A stretch of DNA of 64,000 nt from an uncultured Methanosarcinales archaeon (GTDB lineage Archaea; Nanobdellota; Nanobdellia; Woesearchaeales; JACJVV01): contig CAZOOV010000005.1 of the NCBI GenBank assembly GCA_964581515.1, positions 75,025 to 139,024 on the forward strand, in the 5' to 3' direction. The notes below the pieces were generated by a model. It made no database searches. It was given only the letters and a program-made list of their open reading frames with translations, and was not told the DNA's origin. A program made the position numbers and the translations under genes. This document shows positions 9,660 through 21,307 of this stretch, piece by piece (position 1 is the stretch's first letter; each line of letters opens with the position of its first letter).

Positions 9660-9773
9660 TGGACAGCGAACCTCAGTTCCCGTTCTTAAGAACAGTACAA
9701 TGAGAAACGAGGGATTGTTTTACTTCTGGGTTCGAAATGAGACCAGGTAGGACCAATCCTCTATGACCGTCCA
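9660..9773 (-). rRNA. rrf: 5S rRNA (stand-alone)
   Basis: Minus strand reads TGGACGGTCATAG...CCTGGTCTCATTTCGAACCCAGAAGTAAA...TGTACTG...GGGAAC...GCTGTCCA, with a terminal helix and conserved loop C. BRE/TATA AAAAACCGTAACATTTAAAAA lies just upstream (~9795-9815). Confidence 0.9.
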
Positions 9774-9871
9774 TATAGTAGGAGTCCGAGTCCCTTTTTA
9801 AATGTTACGGTTTTTCAGTGAAAAAACAAGTTATATAAATACTGACTGTGTGCAAAATAATGGTGATTTAA

Positions 9872-10642
9872 ATGAAAGCAATAATACTGGCTGCAGGATA
9901 TGCAACAAGGCTATTTCCTTTAACTAAAGATTTTCCTAAACCATTGATTCCTATCGCAGGCAAACCTATGATTGATTATATTATCAAAAATATTGAAGAA
10001 ATAGGAATCAATGAAATTTTTGTGGTTACTAATAATAAATTCGCTAATGCTTTTGAAGAGTGGGTGCAGAAAAAACAAAGAAACAGCAAAATAGAGATAA
10101 TAAATGATGAAACTATGTCAAATGATGATAGATTAGGTGCTATAGGGGATATACAATTCGTTATTAAAAAGAAAAAAATAGAGGAGGATTTACTTATAAT
10201 AGGCGGCGACAATATGATTAAATTCTCCCTTAAAGAAGCATATGAACTATTCAAGCAAAAAAGAAAAAGCGTAGTAATAGGTTATGATGTAAAAGACAAA
10301 GAAAAAGCAAAAAGCTATGCAGTGCTTGAGATTGATGATAATAAAAAAGTATTGGAATTTGTTGAAAAACCGCAAAATCCAAAATCTACTTTCTGTGGAA
10401 TATGTGTTTATTTCTATCCAAAAGAAGTTTTAAAATTAATAGACCAATATCTTGAAGAAGGCAATATACCTGATGCCCCAGGTAACCTACCTGCATGGCT
10501 CATAACAAAAGATGAAGTATATGCTAAAACACATGATGAAAAATGGTATGATGTTGGTGGATTTGAAAGCCTTAAAGAAGCAAAAGAAGATTATGGCGAA
10601 GAAAACGTGGATATAGAAGAATTAAAGAAAGGAAATATTTGA
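9872..10642 (+). CDS. Sugar-phosphate nucleotidyltransferase
   Basis: ILAAGYATRLFPLT..PKPL, EKP, WYDVG. Confidence 0.9.
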   Translation: MKAIILAAGYATRLFPLTKDFPKPLIPIAGKPMIDYIIKNIEEIGINEIFVVTNNKFANAFEEWVQKKQRNSKIEIINDETMSNDDRLGAIGDIQFVIKKKKIEEDLLIIGGDNMIKFSLKEAYELFKQKRKSVVIGYDVKDKEKAKSYAVLEIDDNKKVLEFVEKPQNPKSTFCGICVYFYPKEVLKLIDQYLEEGNIPDAPGNLPAWLITKDEVYAKTHDEKWYDVGGFESLKEAKEDYGEENVDIEELKKGNI

Positions 10643-10669
10643 ATCATAGATAAATCATAAGAAAATTGC

Positions 10670-11107
10670 TTAACTCTCACTTGCCCAATAAGGTACACCT
10701 GCATTATCATAGATAGCATATGTCTTTTCAGGGAAGAAATATCTCTTAATTGGACCATTATCTGCGTTTTCTGATCTATAGCATTCTCTATGATATGATT
10801 CTGAATTGTAATTATCCCTCCTATTAAATCCTGATGATAATTTGATTGTCCTACAATTCTCTTCGCTTCTGGACTCAATCATTAGCTGCAATTGCGCTAT
10901 TGTATTATACTTTAGAGATGATGTAGAGATAGGAGTTATTTCTACTGTATCTTGTATTTTTGGTTTTATTTCAGAACCATGAGATACTGTGTATTTTGTA
11001 ACGAAATGGTTTGGATAGTGTTCATATATACTTGCAAATGCGATGTTTATTGAACATATTGCTAATAAAAGTAGAACTATTATCGCCTCTTTTTTCATAT
11101 CCATCAC
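10670..11107 (-). CDS. Secreted hypothetical protein
   Basis: Signal peptide KKEAIIVLLLLAICSINIAFA; upstream TATA at ~11133-11141. Confidence 0.6.
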   Translation of the reverse strand: MMDMKKEAIIVLLLLAICSINIAFASIYEHYPNHFVTKYTVSHGSEIKPKIQDTVEITPISTSSLKYNTIAQLQLMIESRSEENCRTIKLSSGFNRRDNYNSESYHRECYRSENADNGPIKRYFFPEKTYAIYDNAGVPYWASES

Positions 11108-11248
11108 CTCTTTAGTCTTTCTCTAGTTTATTCGTATATAAACTTTTGGTTGTCGTCCTGAGAGATGGACAAATACTCATTTAAAAGAAGTAAGGGATTT
11201 TACCAAACCATAAAACTTATATAAGCTAACAGACCACTCAAATCTACT

Positions 11249-11881
11249 ATGAGTGATGAGATTGAAAAAACAGATTCAGAAAGAATTGAAGAAGGACAAT
11301 TACTAGTAAGAACTATAATTGAAATGCTAGGTGGACCTAAGGAACATATAGAAGAGACTATGGAAGCATATGTAGAAGAGATGGGTAAGAATGCTGATTA
11401 TGAAATAGTCAAGAAATATATTTCTAAAGCAGAAGAACAAGAAGGAAGTGAAAAGCTAAAAGAATCTAAAGGAAAAAAATTATACTCTTTATATGTTGAG
11501 ATGGAAATCTGGTTTAAAAATGTTGATAAAATAATAGCATTTTGCTTTGATAGCCTACCTTCAAGCGTGGAAATACTTGAGCCTGAAACACTTACCATAA
11601 AAAATAATGAACTTTCTGGACTACTAAACGATCTTCAAGCAAAACTGCATAAATTAGATATGGCTTTAAAGACATATAAGACAGACACAAGAGCAGCTGC
11701 AATGATATTTCGAACACTTACAACAAACTTCATCAATTATTGCTTACAAACAGGAAAACAAACTCCAGAGGAAATCGCAGAGATTACAGGCATAGAAAAT
11801 GAGAAAGTAAAGAAGCTACTTGATGAACTCGCTGAAAAAAAGGTAATACATAAAAAGGACAATACCTATTCTCTTAAATAA
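11249..11881 (+). CDS. Conserved-looking hypothetical protein with C-terminal winged-HTH
   Basis: TPEEIAEITGIENEKVKKLLDELAEKKVI; leaderless BRE/TATA at ~11205-11225. Confidence 0.65.
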   Translation: MSDEIEKTDSERIEEGQLLVRTIIEMLGGPKEHIEETMEAYVEEMGKNADYEIVKKYISKAEEQEGSEKLKESKGKKLYSLYVEMEIWFKNVDKIIAFCFDSLPSSVEILEPETLTIKNNELSGLLNDLQAKLHKLDMALKTYKTDTRAAAMIFRTLTTNFINYCLQTGKQTPEEIAEITGIENEKVKKLLDELAEKKVIHKKDNTYSLK

Positions 11882-11948
11882 GTTATAATGAGTAATATTA
11901 CCTGTTAAATAATAATAAATATAATTAATATAGGAGTCAAATCATAAG

Positions 11949-13631
11949 ATGGATGAAGCTTTAAGGAACAAAATTGAAGCGGTTCTTTTCTCTTTAGGCA
12001 AGAAAATACATATAGATGAAATACTACGTATGGTCAAAGAGAAAGATAAAAGCAAAGTAGTTGCTTGTCTTTTAGAACTAAAAAAAAGATATAATGATGA
12101 TGAAAACAAATCATTAATGATTCTCCAAGATGGAGATATATGGAAACTAACAATAAAGGATCAATACATAGATGTAGCTAAAGAGATAGGTATTGAGACT
12201 GAACTTACAAAGACGGTTATGGAAACACTAGCAGTTATCGCGTATAAAAATCCAGTTCTACAAAGTGATGTAATAAAAGTAAGAACCAATAAAGCGTATG
12301 ACCATCTAAAAGAACTTGAAGAGACAGGATATATACAAAGAGAAAGATATGGAAGAACTAGAAAAATCAAGCTTACACAGAAATTCTTTGATTATTTTGA
12401 CTTGCCACCTGATTCTTTAAAGGAGAAATTCAAGAATGTTGAAGATATGGAAAAAGTAATTGAAGATAAAGAAAAACAAATCCATGAAATTAATAACAAA
12501 AAAGCAGAGATGATAGAACAACAAAAGATGGACGAGAAAAAAGAAGAAAAAAGAAATGTCTTTATTGAAGGAAAAGGTGAAGTCAAGGAAATTATAGAAC
12601 ATAAAGACAATGGTCTTGAAGTAATTGAAGGAGAGAGATTAGGGGAATTAGATGTATTTGATGAAGAATCTCAAGAAGATAAAGAAGCAAAAGAAGAAGA
12701 GAAGAAAAAAGCAGAAAAAGAAAAGGAAAAAGAATTCCTTCAAGAAACTGGTGAAAAAGTAGGAGAATTTGATGTATATAAAGAACCTGAGAAATTCATT
12801 GAACCTGGACTAGAATATGAAAAAGATAAGAAAGATGAAGAACAAAAAGAAGAATTAGAGGACGAAAAAGAAGAATTGATGGAAAAAGATAAAATTGATC
12901 ATGATATGGACGCAATACAAAAAGAAGGGGGAGAAGAAGATTCTATTTCCGATATAATGGATATGAAAGATAAGATCAATCAAGAGAATAAGGAAGAAGA
13001 AAATAAAGAAATTGAAGAGAAGAAAGAAGGGGGAGAAGAAGGAAAAGAAGAAGATAGTAAAAGTGAAATTAAAGACGAGAAAAAAGAAAAAAATAAAGAA
13101 AGTGTGGAAAAATCAGAAGAAGGAATTGCTGATAATAATAATAATAATAATAATGAAGAAAAGGACAATACAACTGATGAGAAGAGCTCTGAGGGAGATA
13201 ATAACGAAAAGGATGAATCAATCCCTGAAGAGAAAAAAGAAGAAATTGAAGAGAAGAAAGAAGGGAAAGAAGAAGGAAAAGAAGAAGATAGTGAAAATAA
13301 AGAAGATGATATGTTTGGAAACAGAAATATGGACGGGGAGGGAAGTGAAGCAAATGATAAACTCCAGGCAGCAATAGAAGCAACCGATTTAGATAAAGAT
13401 AATGATGAAAATGATATGAAAGAAGATGATAGATTAAATGATGAAGAACTAGATTATACTGAAAAGGAAGAAGAGACTGAAGAAAATAAAGCAAAAGTTA
13501 AGTTAAAAGAAGAAGAATTGTTCAATATGAAAGGTATACCAAAAGAAGTAATGGAGAAAATTGAAGAAAAAGCAGGAGATATTGTAGGTGAAGAAGGTAA
13601 GCAAGAAGATAATGAAGAGCAAGATTTCTAA
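11949..13631 (+). CDS. scpB: SMC-Scp subunit ScpB with very long acidic C-terminal tail
   Basis: IEAVLF, ETLAVIAYKNPV, R..KAYDHLKELEETGYI, TQKFFDYFDL. Roughly the last 380 aa are E/K/D low-complexity sequence. Confidence 0.85.
   Translation: MDEALRNKIEAVLFSLGKKIHIDEILRMVKEKDKSKVVACLLELKKRYNDDENKSLMILQDGDIWKLTIKDQYIDVAKEIGIETELTKTVMETLAVIAYKNPVLQSDVIKVRTNKAYDHLKELEETGYIQRERYGRTRKIKLTQKFFDYFDLPPDSLKEKFKNVEDMEKVIEDKEKQIHEINNKKAEMIEQQKMDEKKEEKRNVFIEGKGEVKEIIEHKDNGLEVIEGERLGELDVFDEESQEDKEAKEEEKKKAEKEKEKEFLQETGEKVGEFDVYKEPEKFIEPGLEYEKDKKDEEQKEELEDEKEELMEKDKIDHDMDAIQKEGGEEDSISDIMDMKDKINQENKEEENKEIEEKKEGGEEGKEEDSKSEIKDEKKEKNKESVEKSEEGIADNNNNNNNEEKDNTTDEKSSEGDNNEKDESIPEEKKEEIEEKKEGKEEGKEEDSENKEDDMFGNRNMDGEGSEANDKLQAAIEATDLDKDNDENDMKEDDRLNDEELDYTEKEEETEENKAKVKLKEEELFNMKGIPKEVMEKIEEKAGDIVGEEGKQEDNEEQDF
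13008..13292 (+). repeat. 51-bp direct repeat pair plus (AAT)7 microsatellite inside scpB tail
   Basis: 13008-13058 vs 13242-13292 differ at 2 nt; AAT x7 at 13134-13154. Confidence 0.85.
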
Positions 13632-13632
13632 A

Positions 13633-13803
13633 ATGGTTAAAACAAGTAGATATTTTCTTATCATGTGCAAGAAATGTGGAAACAGTATGAAATATATGAC
13701 ATATGATAAAATAGAGACTCTATCGAAAAAGACAAAACGCTGCGTATACTGTGGCTTTACTAATAACATAAAAAAGAGTCTTATTAGAGAGATTGATAAG
13801 TAA
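13633..13803 (+). CDS. Small Zn-ribbon protein
   Basis: CKKCG...KRCVYCG; ATG 13633 directly follows the scpB stop. Confidence 0.65.
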   Translation: MVKTSRYFLIMCKKCGNSMKYMTYDKIETLSKKTKRCVYCGFTNNIKKSLIREIDK

Positions 13804-13955
13804 TAACCATGCAATAATTGTTTTGAAAACCAAAATATATATAAAGGGCCCTGTATCCAAATTTTTAGACGAGAAACCCTTGTATTTAGAGGGGTAAAAA
13901 TAGACCGATTTTATGCTTATTTTTTAAGACGAAAGATAATAAAATACCGTGAAAA

Positions 13956-16547
13956 ATGACTGAAACTACTGATCAAAACGATGATAAAATAGAAGAAAAT
14001 ATGAATATACTTCCTAAAGAGATAGAAGATGATATGAAGGAATCATATCTAAGTTATGCTATGTCTTCTATTGTTGGAAGAGCCATCCCGGATGTAAGGG
14101 ATGGACTCAAACCAGTACATAGGAGGATATTATATGCTATGTATGATATGGGTCTTGTTCATAATAAACCATTCAAGAAGTCAGCTAGACTTGTTGGAGA
14201 AGTACTTGGTAAATATCACCCACATGGAGATTCTGCAGTTTATGATTCAGCAGTCAGAATGGTACAAGATTTCTCATTAAGATACCCTTTAATTCAAGGA
14301 CAAGGTAATTTTGGAAGTATTGATGGTGATAATGCAGCTGCAATGCGTTATACTGAGTCCAGAATGAAAAAAGAAGGAGAAGAGATACTTATTGATATTG
14401 AGAAAGAAACAGTTGATTTTAGAGATAATTTTGATGCAAGCCTAAAAGAACCAATAGTTTTGCCTTCAAGAATTCCTAATTTATTAATCAATGGAAGTAC
14501 AGGTATTGCAGTAGGCATGGCTACAAATATACCCCCGCATAACATTCGTGAAATATGTAAAGCAGCTATACATGTAATACAAAAACCAGATACTGATGCA
14601 AATGAATTGATGGAAATTGTAACTGGACCTGATTTTCCAACAGGAGGAAGTATACTTGGAACTTCTGGAATAAAAAGTGCGTATCATTACGGGCGAGGTA
14701 AGATAAAAGTAAGAGCTAAAGCTGAAATTGAAGAAATGAAGAAAGGGAAGGCAATAATAATCAAAGAAATACCATATCAAGTCAATAAATCATTACTATT
14801 AGAACAAATTGCAAACCTTGTCAAAGATAAGAAAGTCATAGGGATAGATGATTTAAGAGATGAATCCGACAGGAAAGGTATGCGTATAGTAATAAAATTA
14901 AAAAAAGATGTTAGTGATGAAGTTATACTTAATCAACTCTATAAATATACAAATTTACAAGTCACATTTGGAATAATTAATTTGGCAATAGTCAATAGAG
15001 AACCAAAAGTGCTTAGCCTCAAAGCAATGTTGAGCTATTATATAAAGCATAGAAAAGAAGTTGTAACAAGAAAAACAGAGTATGATCTTAAAAAAGCAGA
15101 AGAAAAATCACATATTCTTGAAGGGCTTGTAATTGCATTGAATGATATCGATGCTGCAATTGCATTAATAAAGAAAGCAAAATCCACACAAGAAGCACGT
15201 GAAGGATTAATGCAGAAATATGAATTATCTGAAAAACAATCAAGTGCAATACTTGATATGAAATTACAGCGTTTAACTGCGCTTGAACAAGAAAAGATCA
15301 AGGAAGAACTGAAAAAACTCAAGAATCTAATTGAAGATCTAAAATCAATATTGGCAAGTGAACAAAAAGTACTAGATATAATAATAAAAGAACTTGAAGA
15401 AGTAATGCATAAATATGGTGATGAAAGGAGAACTGAAATTTTGCATGGTAAGGACTTTGAAGAAGATATCGATATAGAAGATCTAATTGATAGTGAAGAG
15501 ATGGTAATAACAATAACAAACTCAGGATATATCAAAAGAATCTCTCTTGACACCTATAAACAGCAAAAGAGAGGTGGAAAAGGGATAATTGCAACAGGAA
15601 CAAAAGCTGAGGATGAAGTTAAAGACATATTTGTCGCTAATACCCATGACCACATATTATTCTTTACAGACAAAGGCATTGTCCAATGGAAGAAAGTCTA
15701 TCAAATACCTGAAGCATCAAGACAAGCAAAAGGTACTGCAATAGTCAATCTTTTACAGATGCAAAAAGAAACAAAAGTCAGTGCATATATGCCTATAAGC
15801 AAGTTTGATAATGAACATTATCTTGTCATGACTACAAAAAAAGGAATAGTAAAGAAAACTAATTTAGAATCATATTCCAAACCAAGGAAAGGTGGAATCA
15901 TAGCCATCAATCTTACAGAAGGAGATGAACTAATAGATGTATTATTGACTGATGGAAATAAGCAGATATTAATAGCAACAAAAAAAGGGATGGCTGTCAA
16001 ATTCAATGAAAAAGATGTCAGGGCAGTAGGAAGAAACTCCATTGGTGTTAAAGGAATAAAACTAAAAGGAGATGATAATGTAATCGGTGCAGTTATTGCG
16101 CCAGACCACCTATCATTACTTACAATAACAGAGAATGGTTATGGAAAAAGAACAAGAATAAAAGACTATAGGTTAATTAATCGTGGTGGATCAGGAGTCA
16201 TCAATATCATAACTAATGAGAGAAACGCAGGAGTTGTTTCAATCAAAGCAGTAGAAGATGAACATGATATACTATTCATTTCTAAGAAAGGTATAGCTAT
16301 GAGAACATCTGCCAAAGGAATCTCAGTGATAGGAAGGAACACACAAGGAATGAGACTAATGCGGTTAAAAGATGATGATAAAGTAGTCGGAACCACAAAA
16401 ATAATGAATGAACAAGAAGAAGAAAAAGCAATTGAACAAGGAGAGCAACAAAAAGAAGAGATAAAAGAAGCAATGGAAGATAAACTTGAACAAGAAAATG
16501 TTGATTTAGTCAAAGACATGGATTTTGTGGATAAAGACGAAGAATGA
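13956..16547 (+). CDS. gyrA: DNA gyrase subunit A
   Basis: [33 protein letters not shown] (catalytic Tyr), GyrA-box QKRGGKG, beta-pinwheel repeats. Confidence 0.97.
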   Translation: MTETTDQNDDKIEENMNILPKEIEDDMKESYLSYAMSSIVGRAIPDVRDGLKPVHRRILYAMYDMGLVHNKPFKKSARLVGEVLGKYHPHGDSAVYDSAVRMVQDFSLRYPLIQGQGNFGSIDGDNAAAMRYTESRMKKEGEEILIDIEKETVDFRDNFDASLKEPIVLPSRIPNLLINGSTGIAVGMATNIPPHNIREICKAAIHVIQKPDTDANELMEIVTGPDFPTGGSILGTSGIKSAYHYGRGKIKVRAKAEIEEMKKGKAIIIKEIPYQVNKSLLLEQIANLVKDKKVIGIDDLRDESDRKGMRIVIKLKKDVSDEVILNQLYKYTNLQVTFGIINLAIVNREPKVLSLKAMLSYYIKHRKEVVTRKTEYDLKKAEEKSHILEGLVIALNDIDAAIALIKKAKSTQEAREGLMQKYELSEKQSSAILDMKLQRLTALEQEKIKEELKKLKNLIEDLKSILASEQKVLDIIIKELEEVMHKYGDERRTEILHGKDFEEDIDIEDLIDSEEMVITITNSGYIKRISLDTYKQQKRGGKGIIATGTKAEDEVKDIFVANTHDHILFFTDKGIVQWKKVYQIPEASRQAKGTAIVNLLQMQKETKVSAYMPISKFDNEHYLVMTTKKGIVKKTNLESYSKPRKGGIIAINLTEGDELIDVLLTDGNKQILIATKKGMAVKFNEKDVRAVGRNSIGVKGIKLKGDDNVIGAVIAPDHLSLLTITENGYGKRTRIKDYRLINRGGSGVINIITNERNAGVVSIKAVEDEHDILFISKKGIAMRTSAKGISVIGRNTQGMRLMRLKDDDKVVGTTKIMNEQEEEKAIEQGEQQKEEIKEAMEDKLEQENVDLVKDMDFVDKDEE

Positions 16548-17518
16548 AAAAAATACTAATTACGGGCGGGGCAGGATTTATCGGTAGTCATTTAGCCCGA
16601 AAATTGTTAGAACAAGGAAATGAAGTAACTATAATAGATAACTTGTTTACAGGAAACAAGTCAAATATTTATGACCTTCTTGATAATCCAAAATGTACTT
16701 TTTTGCTTAATGACATAACACAACCTTTCTGGGGACAATTCGATGAGATATATAATCTAGCATGTCCAGCATCCCCTATTCATTATCAAAAAAATCCTGT
16801 TGAAACAACCAAAGTTTCTGTTCTTGGCATAATAAATGTTCTTGATATTGCACTCAAAACAAAAGCAAAAGTTCTTCATACGTCAACATCTGAAACATAT
16901 GGGGATCCATTAGAACATCCTCAAAAAGAGACTTATTGGGGAAATGTGAATACAATAGGAACAAGAAGCTGTTATGATGAAGGTAAAAGAGCGGCAGAAA
17001 CACTCTGTTCAGATTATGCAAGAGAATATAATGTCGATGTAAGAATCGTTAGAATATTCAATACCTATGGGCCTAATATGCACCCCAAGGATGGTAGAGT
17101 AATAAGCAATTTCATAATGCAAGCATTAGCTAATAAAGACATCACAATTTATGGAGATGGAAAACAAACACGAAGTTTCCAATTCGTAGATAATTTAGTT
17201 GATGCAATGATAAAATACATGGAAATGCCAAAAAATACACTTCTTAACAAGTTTAAAGAAAATGGATGGGAAAATATGCCTGTAATAAATACAGGTAATC
17301 CTAACGAGTTTACAATACTAGAACTAGCAGAGAAAATCTTAGAATTCATTCCTGAGAGCAAGAGCAAAATAATATTTACTGAGTTACCAAAAGATGACCC
17401 TAAACAAAGACAGCCAGATATTACCTTGGCTAAGGCTATTTTAGATTTTAATCCAAATATTGAACTAGAAGAAGGTCTTAAAAAAACTATTGAGTATTTC
17501 AGAAGGATTAAAAAATGA
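16544..17518 (+). CDS. UDP-glucuronate decarboxylase (UDP-xylose synthase)-like SDR
   Basis: [47 protein letters not shown]. Confidence 0.9.
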   Translation: MKKILITGGAGFIGSHLARKLLEQGNEVTIIDNLFTGNKSNIYDLLDNPKCTFLLNDITQPFWGQFDEIYNLACPASPIHYQKNPVETTKVSVLGIINVLDIALKTKAKVLHTSTSETYGDPLEHPQKETYWGNVNTIGTRSCYDEGKRAAETLCSDYAREYNVDVRIVRIFNTYGPNMHPKDGRVISNFIMQALANKDITIYGDGKQTRSFQFVDNLVDAMIKYMEMPKNTLLNKFKENGWENMPVINTGNPNEFTILELAEKILEFIPESKSKIIFTELPKDDPKQRQPDITLAKAILDFNPNIELEEGLKKTIEYFRRIKK

Positions 17519-18603
17519 AATGTATAGTATTCTGCCCTATTGGAATGGAAGATATTCTTAAGAAAGATATTAAAGAACTATTGGGAAAAGATTGTATCCA
17601 AAATAAGGGCTGTTGCATATTTGATGGAAACGAAAAAGAAATCTCTAAATTCTGCTACAAATGTCAAAGTATTGAAAGTGCAGGCTTATTATTAGATGAA
17701 GGAGAGATGAAAGATGATTTCTCAGTCATCAACATTGATGAAATTAAAGAGGATATGATAAATAATGTATTTTCCTTAGATTCTTCAATAATAGGTGATA
17801 AACCCTTCAAAAGCAATGATATAGTATCAGATGTTTCACAAAAGATAATGCAAAAGACAAAGAAAAAAGCAACATATAAATCAGCTGATATCGGATTTTT
17901 TGTACAAATAATAGACGATAAATATTACCTTTATATCAATCTTGCATCTAAGGAACTCGGAAAAAGAGATCATAAAGTATTTGTCAATAAGACCTCATTA
18001 CGAGGACCTATAGCGTACGGCGTATTTCGAATATCTGAGGCTGGATATGATGATGAGATCCTTGATTGTTTCTGTAGAAGCGGAGAGATTGGGATAGAAG
18101 CAGTGCATTATTTTTCTGGAAAATCATTGAACTTCTATGCAAAAGATAAATTTGTATTTGATAAATTAGGGTGGAAAGTAAAACTGGATGAATTTGATAC
18201 CGCTATAGATAAAGAATTCAATGTAAACTGCATAGATTCTGCAGCACCTAATGTTAAAGCAGCAGAAAAGAATGCGAAGATTGCAGGAGTCAATAAAATA
18301 ATTAAATTCTCCAGGATTGTCATAGAAGATCTTGATCTTAAATTCAGAAATGAAATTGATAAAATTGTCACACAATTACCTGCAATAGGCAAAGAAAGCG
18401 AAAATAGAGTGATGAAGACATATAGAGATTTCTTTGAGATATGTGAAAAAGTCATGAAAAAAGAAGGAACCATAACCTGTATTGGACTGAATATTGATCC
18501 TGCTGTTGAAATAGCAAAACAAAATGGTTATGTGCTAAAACATGAAAGAATAATTATGCAGGGAAAAGAAGAGTTGAAATTATTTATATTTGCTAAGAAA
18601 TAG
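17515..18603 (+). CDS. THUMP-domain RNA methyltransferase (Trm14/RlmL-like)
   Basis: N-terminal THUMP-like region, [21 protein letters not shown]. Confidence 0.7.
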   Translation: MKCIVFCPIGMEDILKKDIKELLGKDCIQNKGCCIFDGNEKEISKFCYKCQSIESAGLLLDEGEMKDDFSVINIDEIKEDMINNVFSLDSSIIGDKPFKSNDIVSDVSQKIMQKTKKKATYKSADIGFFVQIIDDKYYLYINLASKELGKRDHKVFVNKTSLRGPIAYGVFRISEAGYDDEILDCFCRSGEIGIEAVHYFSGKSLNFYAKDKFVFDKLGWKVKLDEFDTAIDKEFNVNCIDSAAPNVKAAEKNAKIAGVNKIIKFSRIVIEDLDLKFRNEIDKIVTQLPAIGKESENRVMKTYRDFFEICEKVMKKEGTITCIGLNIDPAVEIAKQNGYVLKHERIIMQGKEELKLFIFAKK

Positions 18604-18668
18604 AATATTAATAAAAAATAGAGTAATTCTTGTATGTTTTAGAGGTCAATAATTGATATAAAGCCCAG

Positions 18669-20654
18669 TTGAACTTGGATAATATGCTCGAAGAACGAAT
18701 TAAAGCCCTGACTTCTTTTTGTAAGAAATACAAGAGTACAATAAAATATAGTGCAATGGTCGCTTCTTTGCCATTATTATTCTCATTCTATTATTCTGAG
18801 GGCATTGCACAGAGGTTAACAATTAAAAGCAAGATTGAAAAAGCAAAAAAAGAAAATAGAGAGATTAGATCAATACATAAAGGCAATCTATTAAAACCAG
18901 AAATTAAGAATTGCATAGAGATAATTGATTCTGACACAAGAGAGTTTAAAGAAGAATATCATCCTTCAAAAAGGATGGAACATCATTATCTTCTTACTTT
19001 ACCAATCATATTAGGTGCATTATATGCCTTATCTAAAAAAGGGCCATATGATAAACTCTTAGGAGAACTAAGTACTAATGAGAAAGTTATCCGTACAGGG
19101 ATAGAACTTGGAGTAACAGGGGCAACTTTTGCTGTTTTCAAAGAACCTTTAAGCATGTTAGAACCTATGCCCTTTCTTTGTGTTGGAGCTATGATCCCTA
19201 GTTTTACAGTACCATTTACCATGATGACTTTCAACAAGTATAAAATATGGCAGAGATATAGAAAAGCAAAACAAGAAGGAAATAATAACGAAATTGCTTA
19301 TAGATTTTACAATTATCTACATCTGGAAAAAGAAGCAAAAAGTGCTCTTCAATCAGGAGACTTATCAAAAGCTGCACAGATATTACATGAAAAAGCTAGA
19401 ATAGAAAGAGGACTTGACGACACAGAGAGAAAATGCTTTAGTTATTATCAAAATAATATTGGAAAAGAATTAATGCATATTTTCTCAAGAAGAAATGCTC
19501 GAAAAAATCCTAATTATGAAAATTATCTTAGATTATTGCTAAATGATCTGAAAGCAATTGATACCCCTGTTGTTAATGATCTGGAAGAAGCAATACAAAA
19601 ATTACCAAAAAAAGAACTTGAACTTAAATTGATAGCAGGAGCATTGACTACTGATAATGATAAGAAAAAGAAATGGTGGTCTGATGTATATAAGATATTA
19701 GATAATGGAGGCAAAATTAAACCAGTAGATGAAAAAAGTAAGAATGAAGTGGGTTTTGCAGATTGTGATACATTAGGAGTAAGATTTGTTGTCAAAAGAC
19801 AAGATTATGATTCACATAAAAAAGAAATTGAGCAAACAAGAGTAAGATACGAGAATATGACAAATAACAGAAGAATAGTAATCCCTGAAGTAGTGCATGA
19901 ATTTGAAGATGGCAAAAAAGGAGTATTTATCAGCACAAGACTCTATGGAGAAAGTTTTTATGATTTCTTAAGAGGTATGCCTACAAAACAACAGATACTA
20001 TGGTTGAGATATGCATTAGATGGAGGACATGAAGCTGCCAAATATAGCAATTGTTCCTGTAATGAGAACAGACATGAAAAAACAGCACAAGATATTGAAA
20101 AACTTGTTATGATTGAAAGAGAAATAAGAAAAGAGCTTTCTACTAATATTTGCGCTTGTCTGAGATATGTTGATATGTTTGAACCAATTTGTGATATGGA
20201 TCTAATAAAGGATAATTTTCTTGTTTTAGATGATGAAAAGATTGCATTAATAGATCATGAAGAGAGAAAAATAAGTGATCCAAGTTATATGCTAATTAAA
20301 TTATTAGAGTATAAACCCACCATAGATTATAGCGAAGAAGGAGTAGAAGCAAGAAATGAGTTAATACATCATCATTTTACATCATTAGGATATAATTTAG
20401 ATGAAAGAATTATGGAAGCACACTACTATCATTCTGTTGTATTGAAAGCAATAAGCTATCTCGGTTTTTCAGAAGGAATGGAAGGAAAAAAAGAAGTAAG
20501 AAGAGGTTATTTGAATGGTGCAGAAAAAGCGCTAGAACTTGTTGTAAATAGATATAGTAGTGGACAGAGCAATGAACAAATAAGACAGATTCATGCTGTT
20601 TTTAAAAGTATAAAGAGAATTAAAACCCAGTTAGGATTTGCTATTCTAACGTAA
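18669..20654 (+). CDS. Membrane-anchored protein with C-terminal APH/protein-kinase-like domain
   Basis: N-terminal hydrophobic segments; FVVKR, CDMDLIKDNFLV and IALIDHE resemble kinase-like motifs. Confidence 0.55.
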   Translation: MNLDNMLEERIKALTSFCKKYKSTIKYSAMVASLPLLFSFYYSEGIAQRLTIKSKIEKAKKENREIRSIHKGNLLKPEIKNCIEIIDSDTREFKEEYHPSKRMEHHYLLTLPIILGALYALSKKGPYDKLLGELSTNEKVIRTGIELGVTGATFAVFKEPLSMLEPMPFLCVGAMIPSFTVPFTMMTFNKYKIWQRYRKAKQEGNNNEIAYRFYNYLHLEKEAKSALQSGDLSKAAQILHEKARIERGLDDTERKCFSYYQNNIGKELMHIFSRRNARKNPNYENYLRLLLNDLKAIDTPVVNDLEEAIQKLPKKELELKLIAGALTTDNDKKKKWWSDVYKILDNGGKIKPVDEKSKNEVGFADCDTLGVRFVVKRQDYDSHKKEIEQTRVRYENMTNNRRIVIPEVVHEFEDGKKGVFISTRLYGESFYDFLRGMPTKQQILWLRYALDGGHEAAKYSNCSCNENRHEKTAQDIEKLVMIEREIRKELSTNICACLRYVDMFEPICDMDLIKDNFLVLDDEKIALIDHEERKISDPSYMLIKLLEYKPTIDYSEEGVEARNELIHHHFTSLGYNLDERIMEAHYYHSVVLKAISYLGFSEGMEGKKEVRRGYLNGAEKALELVVNRYSSGQSNEQIRQIHAVFKSIKRIKTQLGFAILT

Positions 20655-20696
20655 ATAGAAAACTATAAATAGTCTCATATTTGAAATTTAAATATA

Positions 20697-21266
20697 ATGG
20701 TTAATCAGAAGGTAGTTGATTATATCAAAACACATATGGCAAAAGGGTATTCCGGCCAACAATTAAAGGATTTCTTAGTAAAAAATGGTTATAAAGAAAG
20801 CGATATAGATGAAGCTTTGAAATCTGCTATGCAAGAACCAGGAAGTGTTCCAACACCACCTGAACAGCAAAATGGTCCAGATATGAAGAATAAAGGTAAT
20901 ATCAGTCAAGGTAATGATAATACTTCTCAAACTCAAATAGAGCCCACTGGCGGTTTTAAGAGAAGAGAACCATTGATTGTAATGTTGTTAGGATTCATTA
21001 CATTTGGCATATATAACTTATATTGGCTAGTTTCAACATCAAATGAACTTCGAAGAAATAATATTGATGTACTAAGCCCTTGGCTCTTATTTCTTATGTT
21101 AATCCCAGGAGTTAATCTAATAATCATGTTAATATATCTTTGGAAGTACTGCAAAGGCATCAATAAATTAACTGGACATGGTGCTGGACTCTTATTCTTT
21201 CTGTACTTAATAATCAGTCCTCTTGCTATGAGTTTATGCCAGATAGAGATAAACAAAAAAGCTTAG
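20697..21266 (+). CDS. Membrane protein (DUF4234-like C-terminus)
   Basis: LLGFITFGIYNLYW..TSNEL; N-terminal GYS..QLKDFLVKNGY helical module followed by a P/Q linker. Confidence 0.65.
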   Translation: MVNQKVVDYIKTHMAKGYSGQQLKDFLVKNGYKESDIDEALKSAMQEPGSVPTPPEQQNGPDMKNKGNISQGNDNTSQTQIEPTGGFKRREPLIVMLLGFITFGIYNLYWLVSTSNELRRNNIDVLSPWLLFLMLIPGVNLIIMLIYLWKYCKGINKLTGHGAGLLFFLYLIISPLAMSLCQIEINKKA

Positions 21267-21307
21267 TAGAGATAAACTATATAAATATAGTCTGAATTCT
21301 GAGATAT

